A DNA stretch of 64,000 nucleotides. It comes from Lama glama (lineage: Eukaryota). Positions 21,291-34,974 of the stretch are shown one piece after another; position 1 is the stretch's first letter, and each line of letters opens with the position of its first letter. The notes beneath the pieces were generated by a model, which had not been told where the DNA came from, did not search any database, and saw only the letters and a list, made by a program, of their open reading frames with translations. The stretch is taken from contig CM052816.1 in assembly GCA_028534125.1 (NCBI GenBank), positions 32,056,001 through 32,120,000 of the forward strand, in the 5' to 3' direction. Position numbers and translations under genes: made by a program.

Positions 21291-24200
21291 GAGTGTGTGA
21301 AAACACAGAGAATGTGCTCACTCAGAGCACGAGATGGTCAAATTCAAAGAGGCAACGGCAACAGAACCGATAGGATGCCAAGGGAAATCGCCCTGGGCCC
21401 TGTGAGGAATCTGCCTAGCCCACACTTCTCCTCCACTGTACTTTTCCAGCCTGTGGTTATTTGTTCTGCCTCTAGACAGCCCTGACTTTCCACCAAGTTC
21501 CCTCCTTCCTCTCTCATTCCTGTGCAGAGAGCTGTTTGGTGTTCTGTCTTGGCTCTTGTTTGTGCAGAGATTGTTCTCCGCAGTGAGTGGGGCTCCACTG
21601 ACCTGTAGGTCTCCCACCCCAGGCCTGAATGCAACATTATGGACAACATTTTCATATTTCTGAACCCCCTTCCTGCTCCCCCCTACTTCCTGGCGTGAGT
21701 GAGCAAGGCAGCCAAAAGCAGACGGTTGACACATCTGCCCCAGCCTGGCTCAGTTCCAATGGGAAAGTTGGATGTTGCAAGCTTTTAATAGCCACTCGCA
21801 TTTCCCTGACTTACAATCATACAGGCTTCCTTGACTTCCTTCTAATTCAATAAGGACAAAGAAAGCAAGCTGAGTTTACGCTGCTTGGGTCCTGGGGGAA
21901 CCAGCCCCCGGCAGGCAGATGACATAAGAGCCTTTGTCTCAGGCCCCTTTCTCCGCCCTGGCTGCCCCTTCCTGCCCCCTACCCCGGCTGTTCCTTCTCT
22001 CTTGGCTCACGGGGCACAGGCTGCTATCAAGTTGCTCTCCTTGGTGGGGTCAAGGGTTATCATAGGAGGATTTCTGTCCCCTCACTCCCTAGTCTCCGTC
22101 AGTTTCCAACATCAGTTATGTCCATTTCTTAAATATTGTCTCTGAGTAAACTTAGTCTGCCCTTGTGCAAATGTAGCTTCCAGACGAGCCCCCAACAGCA
22201 CATCACGGACACATAGCAGCCGCTATACCTGAACCCCTCCTGTACAGACATCTGGCATTCCGCCTCCCTCCCTAACTTTTCCAGGTATTTGTAGGGCAGG
22301 ATGAGTGCAGGGATGAAGGATTAAGCCCAAGGGCTAGGATTTTTGGTTTCAGTGAGCAAGCATGGGAAGCAGAGAGCTAACTGGTACCCCTGGACACCCA
22401 CAGCATGGGAGGGCAGGGCGCCTCCTCATGACCTCGGCCCTGGAGGAGCACTGCTTCCCCTGGGACCTTTGCTGGTGAAGCCAGGGGAGCAAGAGATGGA
22501 GGGTGTTTTCAACACTTCCTTCTGTCTTGGTTATTTGTCTTTCCTGATTTTTTCCATTCCATAATTCTAAGCATTATTTCTAATAATAAGATCCGGTTTC
22601 ATCTTAAATTTGAAAAACTGTTATCCTCAGGAAAGCTCTCAAAACTCCCAGGAAGAGTTTATAGGAAGCTCTGTGGATATTTAAATGAGTTAACAAGTCC
22701 CCCAGCACTTAAGAAGCCCTGGCTCAGTGTCAGTTGTTGTCCTTATCAGTATTATTATTGCTACAATTATTCTGAAGAAGGAACACATTTAGGGTAAAAG
22801 TAGAGTTAGCGCTGAGTGAGGAGAGGACAGCTAATTCTAGGGTTAAAGGGTGCTTCTCAGGGGACTATAGAATCTGCTCAAATTAGCCACATTTATGTTT
22901 GGGAACCATGTGAGCTTTTCAACTAGTAAGTTTCCCAGTAGCATGGAGGACGCTGGTATCTTGCTGTTTCTCCCTGTGGCCTGGGTTATGGACAAATAAT
23001 TCAGGAGTGGAAAAAGAATCTTTCTCAGCATAAAACACTGAAGAGGGACTAGCAAAATCAAGAGAGAACTGGAAAAAGGCTGGAGAGGACTAACTTCTTC
23101 GCTGATCCTAAAAGAAAGACCACTGGTCTAGTGACTCCTGAGAGGTGTGCTTTCATCTGTAATTCTGATTTTTAGATCTTCTGCCCCATTTACTTCAACA
23201 AATACAGCCAAGGGTTCTGATACTCCCGTTAGAAAACAGGACCACCGCGCGTCTCCTTAAGCACAGGAAAGCTTCTCAAGGATCCATGATTCCCTCTGTG
23301 TAACATGCGTGGTAAATCTCATATGCCCCAAATATTTTGAAGTCTCCTTTCAGCAAAAGGATTAGAGAAGCAGCAGCTCAGTGGCACACGAGTGGTTGAA
23401 AATGCATTTCACCCAGAGGGTGCCGTTGCCTCCGTGGCTTCGTGCCTCGAGCTCACACACAGGGCTTCCGCTGTTTGGGGTGCCAGGAACCCCGCTAGGG
23501 ATCCAAGTTTTCAAGGCTAATGAAGATGATTTAGATGTGACGTCTGAAAGAGCCATGTGGCATAAAGCCTTTCCTGTATGAAATCCTGGCCCAGCTGCCT
23601 GGAGAAATGTGAGTGGGTGGGGATGAGGGGGGTGAGAGGAGGCTCAGTGCCAGCAGGCAGAGCTGGCCGGAAAGAAGGAGTCACAGAGCCCAACTCCCTT
23701 TTTTGTCCTAACTTTATCAATTTCATCTTTTTTTTTTTTAAGAGCTCCACTAAAAAAACTTGGCAATTCATCCGATAAAGCATGCCTCTGTGCTGTAGTA
23801 GTAATATTTACTTTTTAAAATGTGGGATTTTAGACAGGAGGCTTAACAAGACACAATATAATTACTGGAACAAATGACTGCTGATCAGCTCGTTAATGAA
23901 ATAAACTCGAACGTTGGGAGAAAAATAGGAGGACTGGGATCCAATCATCCCTCCTCTTTCATGAAGCACCAGAAAACCTGAATAATTCCAGGGGCAACAT
24001 TTGAGAGCATATATTCATTGGTCATGAGTTTAGTGTAAATATTCATCACCCATGAGGAATGTAAAACCTTCTAACATAATAGAAGCAAGGCTGCTCTGAT
24101 TTACAAAAAAAAAGATGGGTGACCTTTCACCTTGTAATTTTTGATCTTAACCTGAATTTTCAACCCCCTTGGGAGACAGACAAGCCCATTACGGTCCCCA

Positions 24201-24749
24201 GGGCCTCACTAAGCTCAGCCTGTTGGTCTGAGATCTGACCTAACAGGTGAACCTCTCATGCTTAATGATTTCTTGAAGCTTCTTTCTGCTGAAGGAGCAC
24301 ACCAAGGCTCCACAGGAAGGAGTATGGCTGCATCTCCACCGTTATTGCCCCACCAGGCTGATTTCTAAGGTGAAAGTAGTAATTTTAAAAGTTGCTGTAT
24401 TTTTCCCGATGTTGGTAATGCTCTTTACGAAGTTAAAACAAGAATGACCTGAACTGATTCAAACCTTGGGGGGCTTGCTGCACTTGCATGAAAGCCGGTA
24501 ACGACATGCTCAGAGTAGGAAGAGAGTCACTATCCTTAGTATTCAGGAAGAGGACAGCAGAAAGAGCCTCACCTGCGGTATTCAGCCCAGTTCATCAAAA
24601 ACACTGCATGAGCACTTGATGGTGCAGGAGCAAAACATGCCCTATTTTAAGGAACCCTCACACAGAGGAGTTTATACCTGAAGTTAAATCCATAATGTCC
24701 TACTATCATATGTAAGTGACTTTCTAGGAAGGGACCCTTTCTAGGTTTT

Positions 24750-25100
24750 TAATACAATCTAACATTTATATGAAGTGCTTTATTATGCACTAAGCACTAC
24801 ATATGCATTTTCTCTTCTCCATCTCATAAAAATCCTATGGGGTCAGTTTTATTATTATCCTCATTATGGAGGAGAAAATGAGGCACAGAGAGGTTGAGTA
24901 GCTTTTCCCAGGTCACAACAGCAATAAATGGCAGCAATGGGACTCATTCAAAGACAGCAAAGTTCATGCTTCCCTGAGACTCTTTTCTGGGGTCTATTTA
25001 CAAAGAACTTTCTCACAAATAATCTCAGGTAAACTTTGAGACAGTCTTGTATATTAAATATTATTATCCTCATCTTACTAATGAAACTAATAAGGCCAAA
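24750..25100 (-). mobile_element. MIR copies
   Basis: attattatcctcatt...gagaaaatgaggcacagagaggttgagtagcttttcccaggtcaca. Confidence 0.8.
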
Positions 25101-25264
25101 ACATATACTTAAGTCCATTAGCTTTTTAAGTAATCATTTGTAAATGCCAAACAGTTGTATGAACCATTATAATATTTTTCACATGGTGTATTTTAAATAT
25201 TCATCACTTAAGAAAGTGTTAATGTTCAGTTTGAACATAAAATTTTGCCAACTCTCTTTCTGAC

Positions 25265-25429
25265 TAGGTTGCCAAATTTAACAAATAAAAATACAGAATG
25301 CCTAGTTAAATTTGAATTTCAGACAAACAACTAATGATTTGCATGGAGCATACTTATACTAAAAAATATTCATTATTTATCTGCAATTCAGATTTAACTG
25401 GGCATCCTGAATTTTATCTGGCAACCCTA
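25265..25429. mobile_element. MER53-like hAT MITE
   Basis: Terminal inverted repeats taggttgccaaat...atctggcaacccta; internal agttaaatttgaattt and attcagatttaactgggcatcctg. Confidence 0.85.
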
Positions 25430-26005
25430 TTTCTGGAAGATATACTTAGTGTGCAAGGGTATTTTAAGCCAATTGGAAAAGATTAAAAACTATTCTTTTG
25501 TCATCAGCTAAATTTGTACTAAGCACACGTCTGTGGACGACGCCTGCCTAGCTACTATACAACTGTGGTCTGGTTTCTGCCCGCCTCGGGAGTTTACAGT
25601 CCCAAATAGTCATTATTAATGTAAAAATAGTGTAAGTCGATGATTTTTTTCATAGGCTTTTAGTTTTCCTACTAAAAATTAATAGTAGAAATTGCCATTG
25701 GTATAGTTTTTGATGATTTGGGCTAATTTAAGATTCACAAAATCTTAAGAGGGCTGTGGGTATTCTCATTTCACAGGTACCTTTCTGATGATGCCAGATA
25801 CTGGAGCCCCAGATGACAGTACAGGGTGAAGATTCTCCAAGGAAGTGTCTTCAGGTTGGCCTCAAGCCCCTCAGACTCTGTTAACTGAGCAGTCAGGATG
25901 GGCTCAGGTGAACAACCTGGAAGGCAAGTTGTTGGGGAGCAAAAAGTAAATAACCCAGGAAAAGCTCAGTTCTATAGATGTGGTCTGACCTCCATCTAGG
26001 TCAGA

Positions 26006-26151
26006 TTTTTTTTTAACATTTTTTATTGATCTATAATCATTTTACAATGTTGTGTCAAATTCCACTGTTCAGCACAATTTTTCAGTCATTCATGGACATA
26101 TACACACTCATTGTCACATTTTTTTTTCTCTGTGAGTTATCATAACATTTT
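26006..26151 (-). mobile_element. Young L1 3' end running into the gap
   Basis: tttttttaacattttttattgatctataatcattttacaatgttgtgtcaaattcc. Confidence 0.88.
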
Positions 26152-26651
26152 NNNNNNNNNNNNNNNNNNNNNNNNNNNNNNNNNNNNNNNNNNNNNNNNN
26201 NNNNNNNNNNNNNNNNNNNNNNNNNNNNNNNNNNNNNNNNNNNNNNNNNNNNNNNNNNNNNNNNNNNNNNNNNNNNNNNNNNNNNNNNNNNNNNNNNNNN
26301 NNNNNNNNNNNNNNNNNNNNNNNNNNNNNNNNNNNNNNNNNNNNNNNNNNNNNNNNNNNNNNNNNNNNNNNNNNNNNNNNNNNNNNNNNNNNNNNNNNNN
26401 NNNNNNNNNNNNNNNNNNNNNNNNNNNNNNNNNNNNNNNNNNNNNNNNNNNNNNNNNNNNNNNNNNNNNNNNNNNNNNNNNNNNNNNNNNNNNNNNNNNN
26501 NNNNNNNNNNNNNNNNNNNNNNNNNNNNNNNNNNNNNNNNNNNNNNNNNNNNNNNNNNNNNNNNNNNNNNNNNNNNNNNNNNNNNNNNNNNNNNNNNNNN
26601 NNNNNNNNNNNNNNNNNNNNNNNNNNNNNNNNNNNNNNNNNNNNNNNNNNN
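26152..26651. other. Assembly gap (500 N)
   Basis: Run of n. Confidence 1.
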
Positions 26652-27556
26652 AAAGACCTAAACAAGCAATTCTCCAAGGAAGAAATACAAATGATCAATA
26701 GGTACATGAAAAAATGCTCAATATCACTAATTATCAGAGAAATGCAAATCAAAACTACAATGAGGTATCACCTCATGTCAGTCTGAACGGCCGTCATTCA
26801 AAAATCCACAGATGACAAATGCTGGAGAGGCTGTGGAGAAAGGGGAACTCTCCTACACTGCTGGTGAGAATACAGTTTGGTACAGCCACTGTGGAAAACA
26901 GTGTGGAGATTCCTCAAAAGACTAGGAATAGACTTATCGTATGACCCAGGAATCCCGCTCCTGGTCATCTATCCAGAAGGAACCCTACTTCAAAATGACA
27001 CCTGCACCCCAATGTTCATAGCAGCACTATTTACAATAGCCAAGCCATGGAAATAGCCTAAATGTCCCTCAACAGATGACTGGATAAAGAAGATGTGGTA
27101 TATTTATACAATGGAATACTATTCAGCCATGAAAACCGACAACATAATGCCATTTGCAGCAACATAGATGTTTCCAGAGAATGTCATTCTAAGTGAAGTA
27201 AGCCAGAAAGAGAAAGAAAAATACCATATGAGATCGCTCATATGTGGAATCTAAAGAGAAACAAAACATGAATACAAAACAGAAACAGGCTCATAAACAC
27301 AGAATGGCAAACTTGTTGCCAAGGGGGCCGGGGGTGGGAAGGGACAGACTGGGATTTCAAAACGTAGAATAGATAAACAAGATTATACTGTATAGCACAG
27401 GGAAAAATGTACAAGATCTTGTGGTAGCTCACAGAGAAAAAAAATGTGACAATGAATACATGTATATTCATGTATAACTGAAAAATTGTTCTCTACACTG
27501 GAATTTGACACAACATTGTAAAATGACTATAACTCAAAAAAAATGTTAAAAAAAAA
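26652..27556 (+). mobile_element. Young L1: ORF2 C-terminus, 3' UTR and A-tail
   Basis: gaaatgcaaatcaaaactacaatgaggtatcacctca...gacacaacattgtaaaatgactataactcaaaaaaaatgttaaaaaaaa. Confidence 0.95.
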
Positions 27557-29259
27557 TCAAGGTGATGCCTGACGCCAGAAGGTTCTCAGCCTTGAGAGAG
27601 ACATGGCCTCTTGTTTCATGAGGCTATGGATGTATTTTCAAAAAATTAGGACATGACAAACATGTTTCATTTTCCATATTAAATATTTACATTTAACAAA
27701 CCAGTGCTTTCTACACACACAAATTACTATGGTATAATTATCTTCTCCAGCAATAATGATAGGATTTATAAACTGTACTATCTCATAGTGCTCTGCAAAG
27801 CAGCGTGATCCAGCAAAGGATCCAAGTTTAGTTATATGATGAATGCTCTCTGGTTCTAATTCAGCGCATCTCTGACTTTTTGTATATGCTTATTTAGAGA
27901 CAAGGTCAGATTTCTAAATTTGTTGCCCTTTGTGAATGTGAGGCCTGGGCCAAATGTCCTGGGCCAACTAACCCCAGTTACTTACTATCAAATTAGAATA
28001 AATTGCATACAGAGTTACCACTCATATAGTTAACTACATACAAACAGAATTCAAAGTTTCTCTTCATACCCATAAGCTAGGTCAAAACCACTGGTTGCAT
28101 CGACTCTGAGGGTAAATATATATGTGCTCTTTTCTAGCTCCTCCATTTCAAAATAGTCCCAGAGGACACTTGCTGGGGGATTTTTCAACACTGCTAGAGA
28201 TTTAAGACCAAGCAAGTCTTAGGAAGGGCTCTGCCTGAGGAATGCCAGACCCTAAGATTCAGCAAGGCTCCAGGGACTGGTCCAGAAGGTTGGGTCCTCC
28301 TCATATTCCTCCCTCAAAGGGAAAACTACAAATACCCTAAGTCAGTAAATGTCTGGTTTATGGCTTTGGGTGTCTTGTGTCCAAATACTGATGACAAGAA
28401 GAAAAATGTATAAGAGACATTTTTTGATTCTCAGTTTGCCATAAATTTAAAAGTTAGTAAGCTCTTTCTTTCACATAAACTATTTTTAGACACAGTTGGC
28501 AGGCCATATGGATATATTTCTAGTTTTTTATTTCTAGTAAGGTTTTATTAAAGAAGAAAAACACAGACTAACTAGAGCTTTCAAATTAGTGCAGATTTCA
28601 ATGATAGCCATTTAGATGCTCACAGAACGCCTTCAACACTCTCCTTTGCCCAGACGGAAAGAAAAATCTTTTTTTTTTTTCTCCCAGTAGCACCTTGGAT
28701 TTACACCTGCCTGTTTAAAATCAGGCACACAAAAGAGGAAGTGCTGATGAATTTGGTGCTGTCTAGACAAGTACACTAATGTGCAGTGTTGGGCTGGAGG
28801 TTGCCATGGTAATAAGCAAATATGCTCTTACAGCTCTGCTAAACAGTGGGTTGTGGATGTTTCCTTTACAATAGGCAATTCTCCCTCCCTTGAAATGGGG
28901 ATTGCCAAAAACAATCCAACTAACTCTAAGACATGGAATCATGACATCCAACAAGTTTCAGGCTGCAAGATAAATGCTACATTCTAATGTTTCCTGTCAA
29001 AGTGATTCATTTCCTTTGTCATTTGTCAGCATATTAACAAATTTCTCATTATGTAGCAGAGGGGTATGAGCCTAAGAAACAATCATAAGTGGGGCAGGAA
29101 ATCCGAAGTGTCTTCACCTGCTTCAATAAATAATAATTCTTAAGGTTTTCTCTCATAAGAGTTGTGCCTTTCTTTCATGCAATACTTTTGGGCCTCCTAC
29201 TCTGTACTGGGCCTTCTGTTAACCTCTGGGTGCACAGATTTGTGCAAGGGGCAAGCATT

Positions 29260-29770
29260 ACAAGGCAGATTGGGATAAGTGGTACACGTGACACTCCAGG
29301 TACTTCTGGAGCACAGACATAAGGCTCTCTGTCCTGGCAGCTCAATGAAAGTGGCCCGATGGACATGGTATCTCACCTGAAGGAAAATAGGAAGAATCCA
29401 AGCAAACTGGGGAAAAGTATCCTTAGAAGAGAGCACAAGAGAGTCAAGGCCTCAGATGGAGGGGAGATTAATGCTGCATTTCAGTCAATGGGAGAAACTG
29501 AAGGAGGGAGGAATGTAGGGTGTAACAGGCTGTGCAAGGGAGAGGAGTACAGAGAGGTGAGTCTTCAAAGGCAGTTAGAGTTCTAATCACAAGAGCCTAG
29601 CTATGCTTAGAGTTTTAGACTTTATCCTAAAAGTACTAAGGTGGCAATGAAGTGTTTAAGCAGAGGAGTGACACTTGGGAAAATTACTTCTAATGGCCTC
29701 ACGGACAATGGATTGGACAACGTCAAGAATGGAGGCAGAAAGAAAAGTTAAGCAGGCATTTGTAGTAGCC
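29260..29770. mobile_element. L2 fragment
   Basis: gagttttagactttatcctaaaagtactaaggtggcaatgaagtgtttaagcagaggagtgaca. Confidence 0.65.
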
Positions 29771-30104
29771 AGCTGTCTGTCACTTTCAAATTTGTTTTTT
29801 TTTTTTCTGAATTATCATTATCCTTTCCATTCATGACGAAGATGGCTAGTGGTCCCCCAATATCCATGCTTCCCTTATTACACAATAAGAAGTTAAGATT
29901 TAGCTGGGCACATGGCTGCCCAGATATAGAGTTACATTTCCTAGATTCTCTTGTAACCAAGTATGGCCATTGAATCTAAATTGATGTGTGCAACTTCCAA
30001 GGCAGGCCTTTCCTGTTGCCCTTTTCCTCCTTTCTGCAGGCTTGAATACACACGTGATGGCAACAAGTGGAGGAACTAATCTAAACCATGAGAAGAAAGC
30101 CCAG

Positions 30105-30455
30105 TGTCTCAGTCAGTTCAGGTTGATATAACAAAGTATCATAGACTAGGTAGCTTATAAACAATAGAAATTTATTTCTCACAGTTCTGAAGGCTGAAAC
30201 CTGAAATCAGGATGCCGTCATGGTCAGGATCTGGTAAGAGCCCTCTTCAGGCTGCAGACTGCCACCCTCCTGTTGTGCCCTCACATGGTGGAAGAAGGAA
30301 GAGAGAGATATCTGGAGTCCCTCTTACAAGAGCATCAATCCATAATTTCCTATTGCCTCATCACTTCCCAAAGTCCCCACCTCCTAGTACCATCACATTG
30401 GGGGTTAAGAGTTCAACACATAAATTTGGGGGATACAAACATTCAGCCCACTGCA
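30105..30455 (-). mobile_element. MLT1A-type MaLR solo LTR with 5-bp TSD (CCCAG), nested in an older MLT1 (about 29850-30590)
   Basis: tgtctcagtc...ataacaaagtatcatagactaggtagcttataaacaatagaaatttatttctcacagttctg...cattcagcccactgca; cccag at 30100-30104 and 30456-30460. Confidence 0.9.
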
Positions 30456-31359
30456 CCCAGTGTTAAGGGGGCAGAGCAATAAAGTAGAAGGATCTTGAGA
30501 AGATTGTGCAATCAACAGACCACCCTTGAACCATTTCATGCCGCCATTTTGATTTCTCAGTACAGAATCTCAGCCAGTATTCTAATACACTGCTTTACAT
30601 CATTTGACAGAGTAGGAAGCTAGTTATTCTTCCCATACACTGTCCATTGTCTCTTCTGCATGACAAATTCTTTACCTGTCTGTCCGTCTGTCTATCATCT
30701 CTGCTCTCCTTCCACTTCTCCAACTACTCCCTATGTAGCAGCTTTCCTGGATTGTCTTTGTCTTTGTCTATTTTCTATTGTCGGAATTAGTCAAGGTTTT
30801 TTTCCTCTACATTTCCTCCATTGATGGAGTCATGACACTATTCAATGCAGAAGGCTTCGAATTTTATATGTGAGGCTGATCTTTGTCTAACTCTCATTTT
30901 CAGATGCTGTTTTCATTTATATGTCCAGCTATCATTTCCAGATCAACATGTCCCAAACTGAGCTTGCCATCTTTGTCTCACCCACATGATTCTATTTCCC
31001 AGAACTATCTTTTTGTTCTAAGGCAGTATCATTTTTTTCTAGTCTGTCAGCCCCTAGATCTTATGATTCACTTGAACTGCTCCCCCTAGCCTTCATCCTT
31101 TGTGTCTAACCTGTCCCTAAGCCGTGTTGCTTCTGTTTATCTCAACTTCTATATTTATCTTTCCCATCACCGCTGCCACTATTCAACTCAGCCTTTTTAG
31201 CTGGGCCCCCAATGTCCATTCTCATTTTTTTAATACTCTGTCTTGAGGATGTACTCAGGTGAACAATTTCCTAAATCACTACTTTCCCTTTCTCTCCTTA
31301 AGGATTGAGAATAGAGGTAATTAGGCTTTATCACATTAGTTCCAAATCCATCCCCTAAA

Positions 31360-31590
31360 AAAGAATGTGACATAGTAGAAAGAACCAGAGCTTTAGAGTC
31401 TGATAGAACAGGGGATGAAATACTAATCATCTGAGCACCAAGTGTGTGACCTTGAGCAAATTCCTTTACTGCTCAAAGATTAAATAGTCACATGTATGAA
31501 ACAGAGATAGTAAGAATTCTTATCCAGAGACTATTATGAGAGTCCAGTGGTATGTGGCGCACAGAAGGTGTCAGTAAAAGTCATCTCCCT
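31360..31590 (+). mobile_element. MIR
   Basis: agagctttagagtc...gtgtgtgaccttgagcaaatt. Confidence 0.75.
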
Positions 31591-32039
31591 TCTGAGCAAA
31601 TAGTTTAGAGCTGCTCTACCCCTCTCATCAAAGTTTCACTTTGTTTACCTTGGTCAGGCTGACTGCCCTCAGTTCCATCTCTGTGCTTCTGCCCATAGTG
31701 TTCCACTCATTAGATACATATTTTTTTCCTTTTTAAAAATTGAACAAATATTTATTGAGAGTCCTAAGCACCAGGTACTGTTTCAGCCACTTACTTAAAT
31801 TCTGCTCATCCCTTAGGATGTGTCAACCTCCATGAAGCCCCTACAGAAACTCTGATGTCCTCAGCAGAATGTGCTTCTCTAAACTGCTATTGTCCTGATA
31901 CTAGAGCACCTGGTTGCTGTCTAGTTGTTTGTTGGCCATTTTCTCACATCATCCATTGTTAATGACAATCCCTCTCATTTCCAGTTTGGTATTCCCTCCC
32001 TATTAGTATTAGCTGACAAATACTGTTGCTTAATAAATT

Positions 32040-33850
32040 CACTCAATTCATGAAAGACTTGTATGCAGAGAACCATAAAACATTGACTAAGGAAATTAAA
32101 TATGACTTAAAGAATGGAAAGATACCCCATGTTCTTGGATTAGAAGAATTGATACTGTCAAAGTGGCCATACTACCTGAAGCAATCTATAGATTTAATGG
32201 GATCCCTATCAAATTACCCAGGACATTTTTCACAAAACTAGAACAAATAATCCTAAAGTTTATATGGAGTCACAAAAGACTCAGAATTGCCAAAGCATTA
32301 CTGAAGAAAAAGAATGAAGCTGGAGGAATAACCCTCTCAGACTTCAGACAATACTACAGAGTAATCAAAACAGCATGGTATTGGCACAAAAACAGATATG
32401 TGGATCAGTGGAACAGAATAGAGAGCACAGAAATAAACCTACAAACTTTTGGCCAATTAATTTGACAAAGGAAGCAAGAATATACAATGGAGAAAAGACA
32501 GTCTCTTCAGCAAATAATGTTGGGAAAACTGGACAGCTGCATGTAAATCAATGAAGTTAGAATATTCCCTCATACCATACACAAAAATAAATTCAAAAAG
32601 GCTTAAAGACTTAAACATAAGACAAGACAATGTAATTCTCTTAGAAGAAAACATAGGTAAAACATTCTCTGACATAAATCTCCACAATGTTCTCCTAGGG
32701 CAGTCTACTAAGGCAATACAAATAAAAGCAAAAATAAACAAATGGGACCTAATTAAACTTGTAAGTTTTGCACAGCAAAGGAAACCATAAGTAAAACAAA
32801 AAGACAACCTACAGAATGGGAGGAAATATTTGCAAAAGATGAAACTGAAAAGGGCTTAATTTCCAGAATATATAAACAGCTCATACAACTTAATAAGAAA
32901 AAAAAACAAACAACCCCAGTCCAAAAACGGGAAGACCTAAACAAGCAGTTCTCCAATGAAGACATACAAATGGCCAATAGGCACATGAAAAAATGCTCAA
33001 TATCACTAATTATCAGAGAAATGCAAACCAAAACTACAATGAGGTATTACTTCACACCAGCCAGAATGGCCATCATTCAAAAGTCTATGAATGATAAATG
33101 CTGCAGAGGGTGTGGAGAAAAGGGAACCCTCCTTTACTGCTGATGGGAATGTAGTTTCGTGCAGCCATTGTGGAAAACAGTATGGACATTCCTGAAGAAA
33201 CTAAAAACAGACTTACCATATGATCCAGCAATTCCCTCCTGGGCATATATCCAGAGGGAACTTTAATTTGAAAAGATATATGCAACCCTATGTTCATAGC
33301 AGCAGTATTTGCAATATCCAAGACACGGAAACAAACTAAACGTCTATTGACAGCTGACTGGATAAAGAAGTTGTGGTATATTTATAGAATGGAATACTAC
33401 TCAGCCATAAAAAGAATAAACTAATGCCATTTGCAGCAACATGAATGGACCTGGAGATTATCATACTAGGTAAAGTAAGCTAGAAAGAAAAAGAAAAATA
33501 CCATATGATATCACTTATATGTAGAATCTAACAAAAAGACAAATGAACTTATTTACAAAACAGAAACAGACTAACAGACATAGAGAACAAACTTATGGTT
33601 ACCAGGGGAGAGAAGAGGGTAGGAAGGGATAAATTGGGAGTTCGAGAATTGTACATACTAAGTACTAAATATAAAAGAGATAAATGACAAGTTTATACTG
33701 CATAGCACAGGGAACTATATCTTGTAGTAATCTATAGTGAAAAACAATATGAAAAGGAATATATGTATGTATGACTGAACTATTAAGCTGTACACCAGAA
33801 ACTGACACAACATTGTAAACTGACTATACTTCAATTAAAATAAATAAATA
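32040..33850 (+). mobile_element. 5'-truncated L1 (3' part of ORF2 with frameshifts, plus 3' UTR)
   Basis: ORF 32163-32465 [18 protein letters not shown]...[19 protein letters not shown] is L1 ORF2; (taaa)n tail; probable TSD aataaatt. Confidence 0.96.
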
Positions 33851-34974
33851 AATAAATTAACTTCAACTTTGACATTTATCACTTAATAAGGAAAGTTCTT
33901 TTATTACTTCAGCTCTGGTTTAGGAAAAGTTTAAATCAAAGGAAACAAAAGTCAAAGCCATACTATTGGGTAGTACAAGCCATCATTATATGCTTACATA
34001 AATATTTTCAGAGACTAGAACAATCTTTGGTCTTCCTCCCCTCACTGAACATTCATAATAAAGACTTAATGTCTTGCAAGACATGAAGCCTTTCCTAAGG
34101 ATCGCTTCACTGGAGGGGCCAGGTAATCTACCAGCAGCTTTCTGTCAGGAGATAGGAGCTCTAGATCACCCTGGAGGATGGGCTATCAACAGTCAAACTT
34201 TTCACCAAATGGTTGGTGCAAGGTGAGGGAGGAGGAAAGGTGAGACCATGTAGTATAATTTTTCTACTTTCACATGTGTAATCTATTTTTCTGTATCTCT
34301 TGCTGCCAAGCTGAAGACCCAAAGGGCAATGTATCATAATGTTCTGCTGCTGCCCTGCAGCTTCTACTGTGTCAGGCCTTCTTCACAACATTAGGACAGG
34401 GGAGCAGACGAGAACCCTGGCATGGCCTCAGAGCCCGGAGATGTGCAGTATCCTAGTGCTTCCTCGATGTACAGTCACCCTGACTCATCATCCCATCCCT
34501 CTAGAATTCAAAGAAACTTCAATTAAAATGAAGAGATATTTATAAAGTGCCTATTATGAGCCAAGCATGCTCTCAAGGTTTTATTTCAAGTCAGGAGTCC
34601 TGGCTTCCGGTTCCATCCTACCACTCACTCATTAAGACCATGAAGAAGCCATTTCCATTGAGGGCAGGGTGGGGGGGGGCACATATTTACTTAACTAGTA
34701 AATTAGGAGATTCTTCTTTAGAGTACTATATTCTGTGACTCAATACAGTTTCATTGTTTTTGGAGTATACAGGCAGGACATTAAGACATTACAACCAGGC
34801 ATTAAAAACATTGGCTCTGGAATCAGATCACCAAGGTTCAAATACTGGCCCCACCTCTTTAATAACCAGATGCCCCTAAGCAAATCACAAAACCTCTCCG
34901 TGCCTGACCATAGGAAGAGCACCATCTCAGAGGTCTGCAGTGAGGGTTGAAAGAGCATATAAAGAACTTAACAG

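Noticed and set aside
24573..24641. Minus-strand exon-like segment ending GCAG|gtgagg
   Set aside because: The sequence resembles an L2 3' tail and shows no fit to the protein model.
26111..26752. Long ORFs of 196 and 212 aa
   Set aside because: Made mostly of N-gap X residues flanked by L1 sequence.
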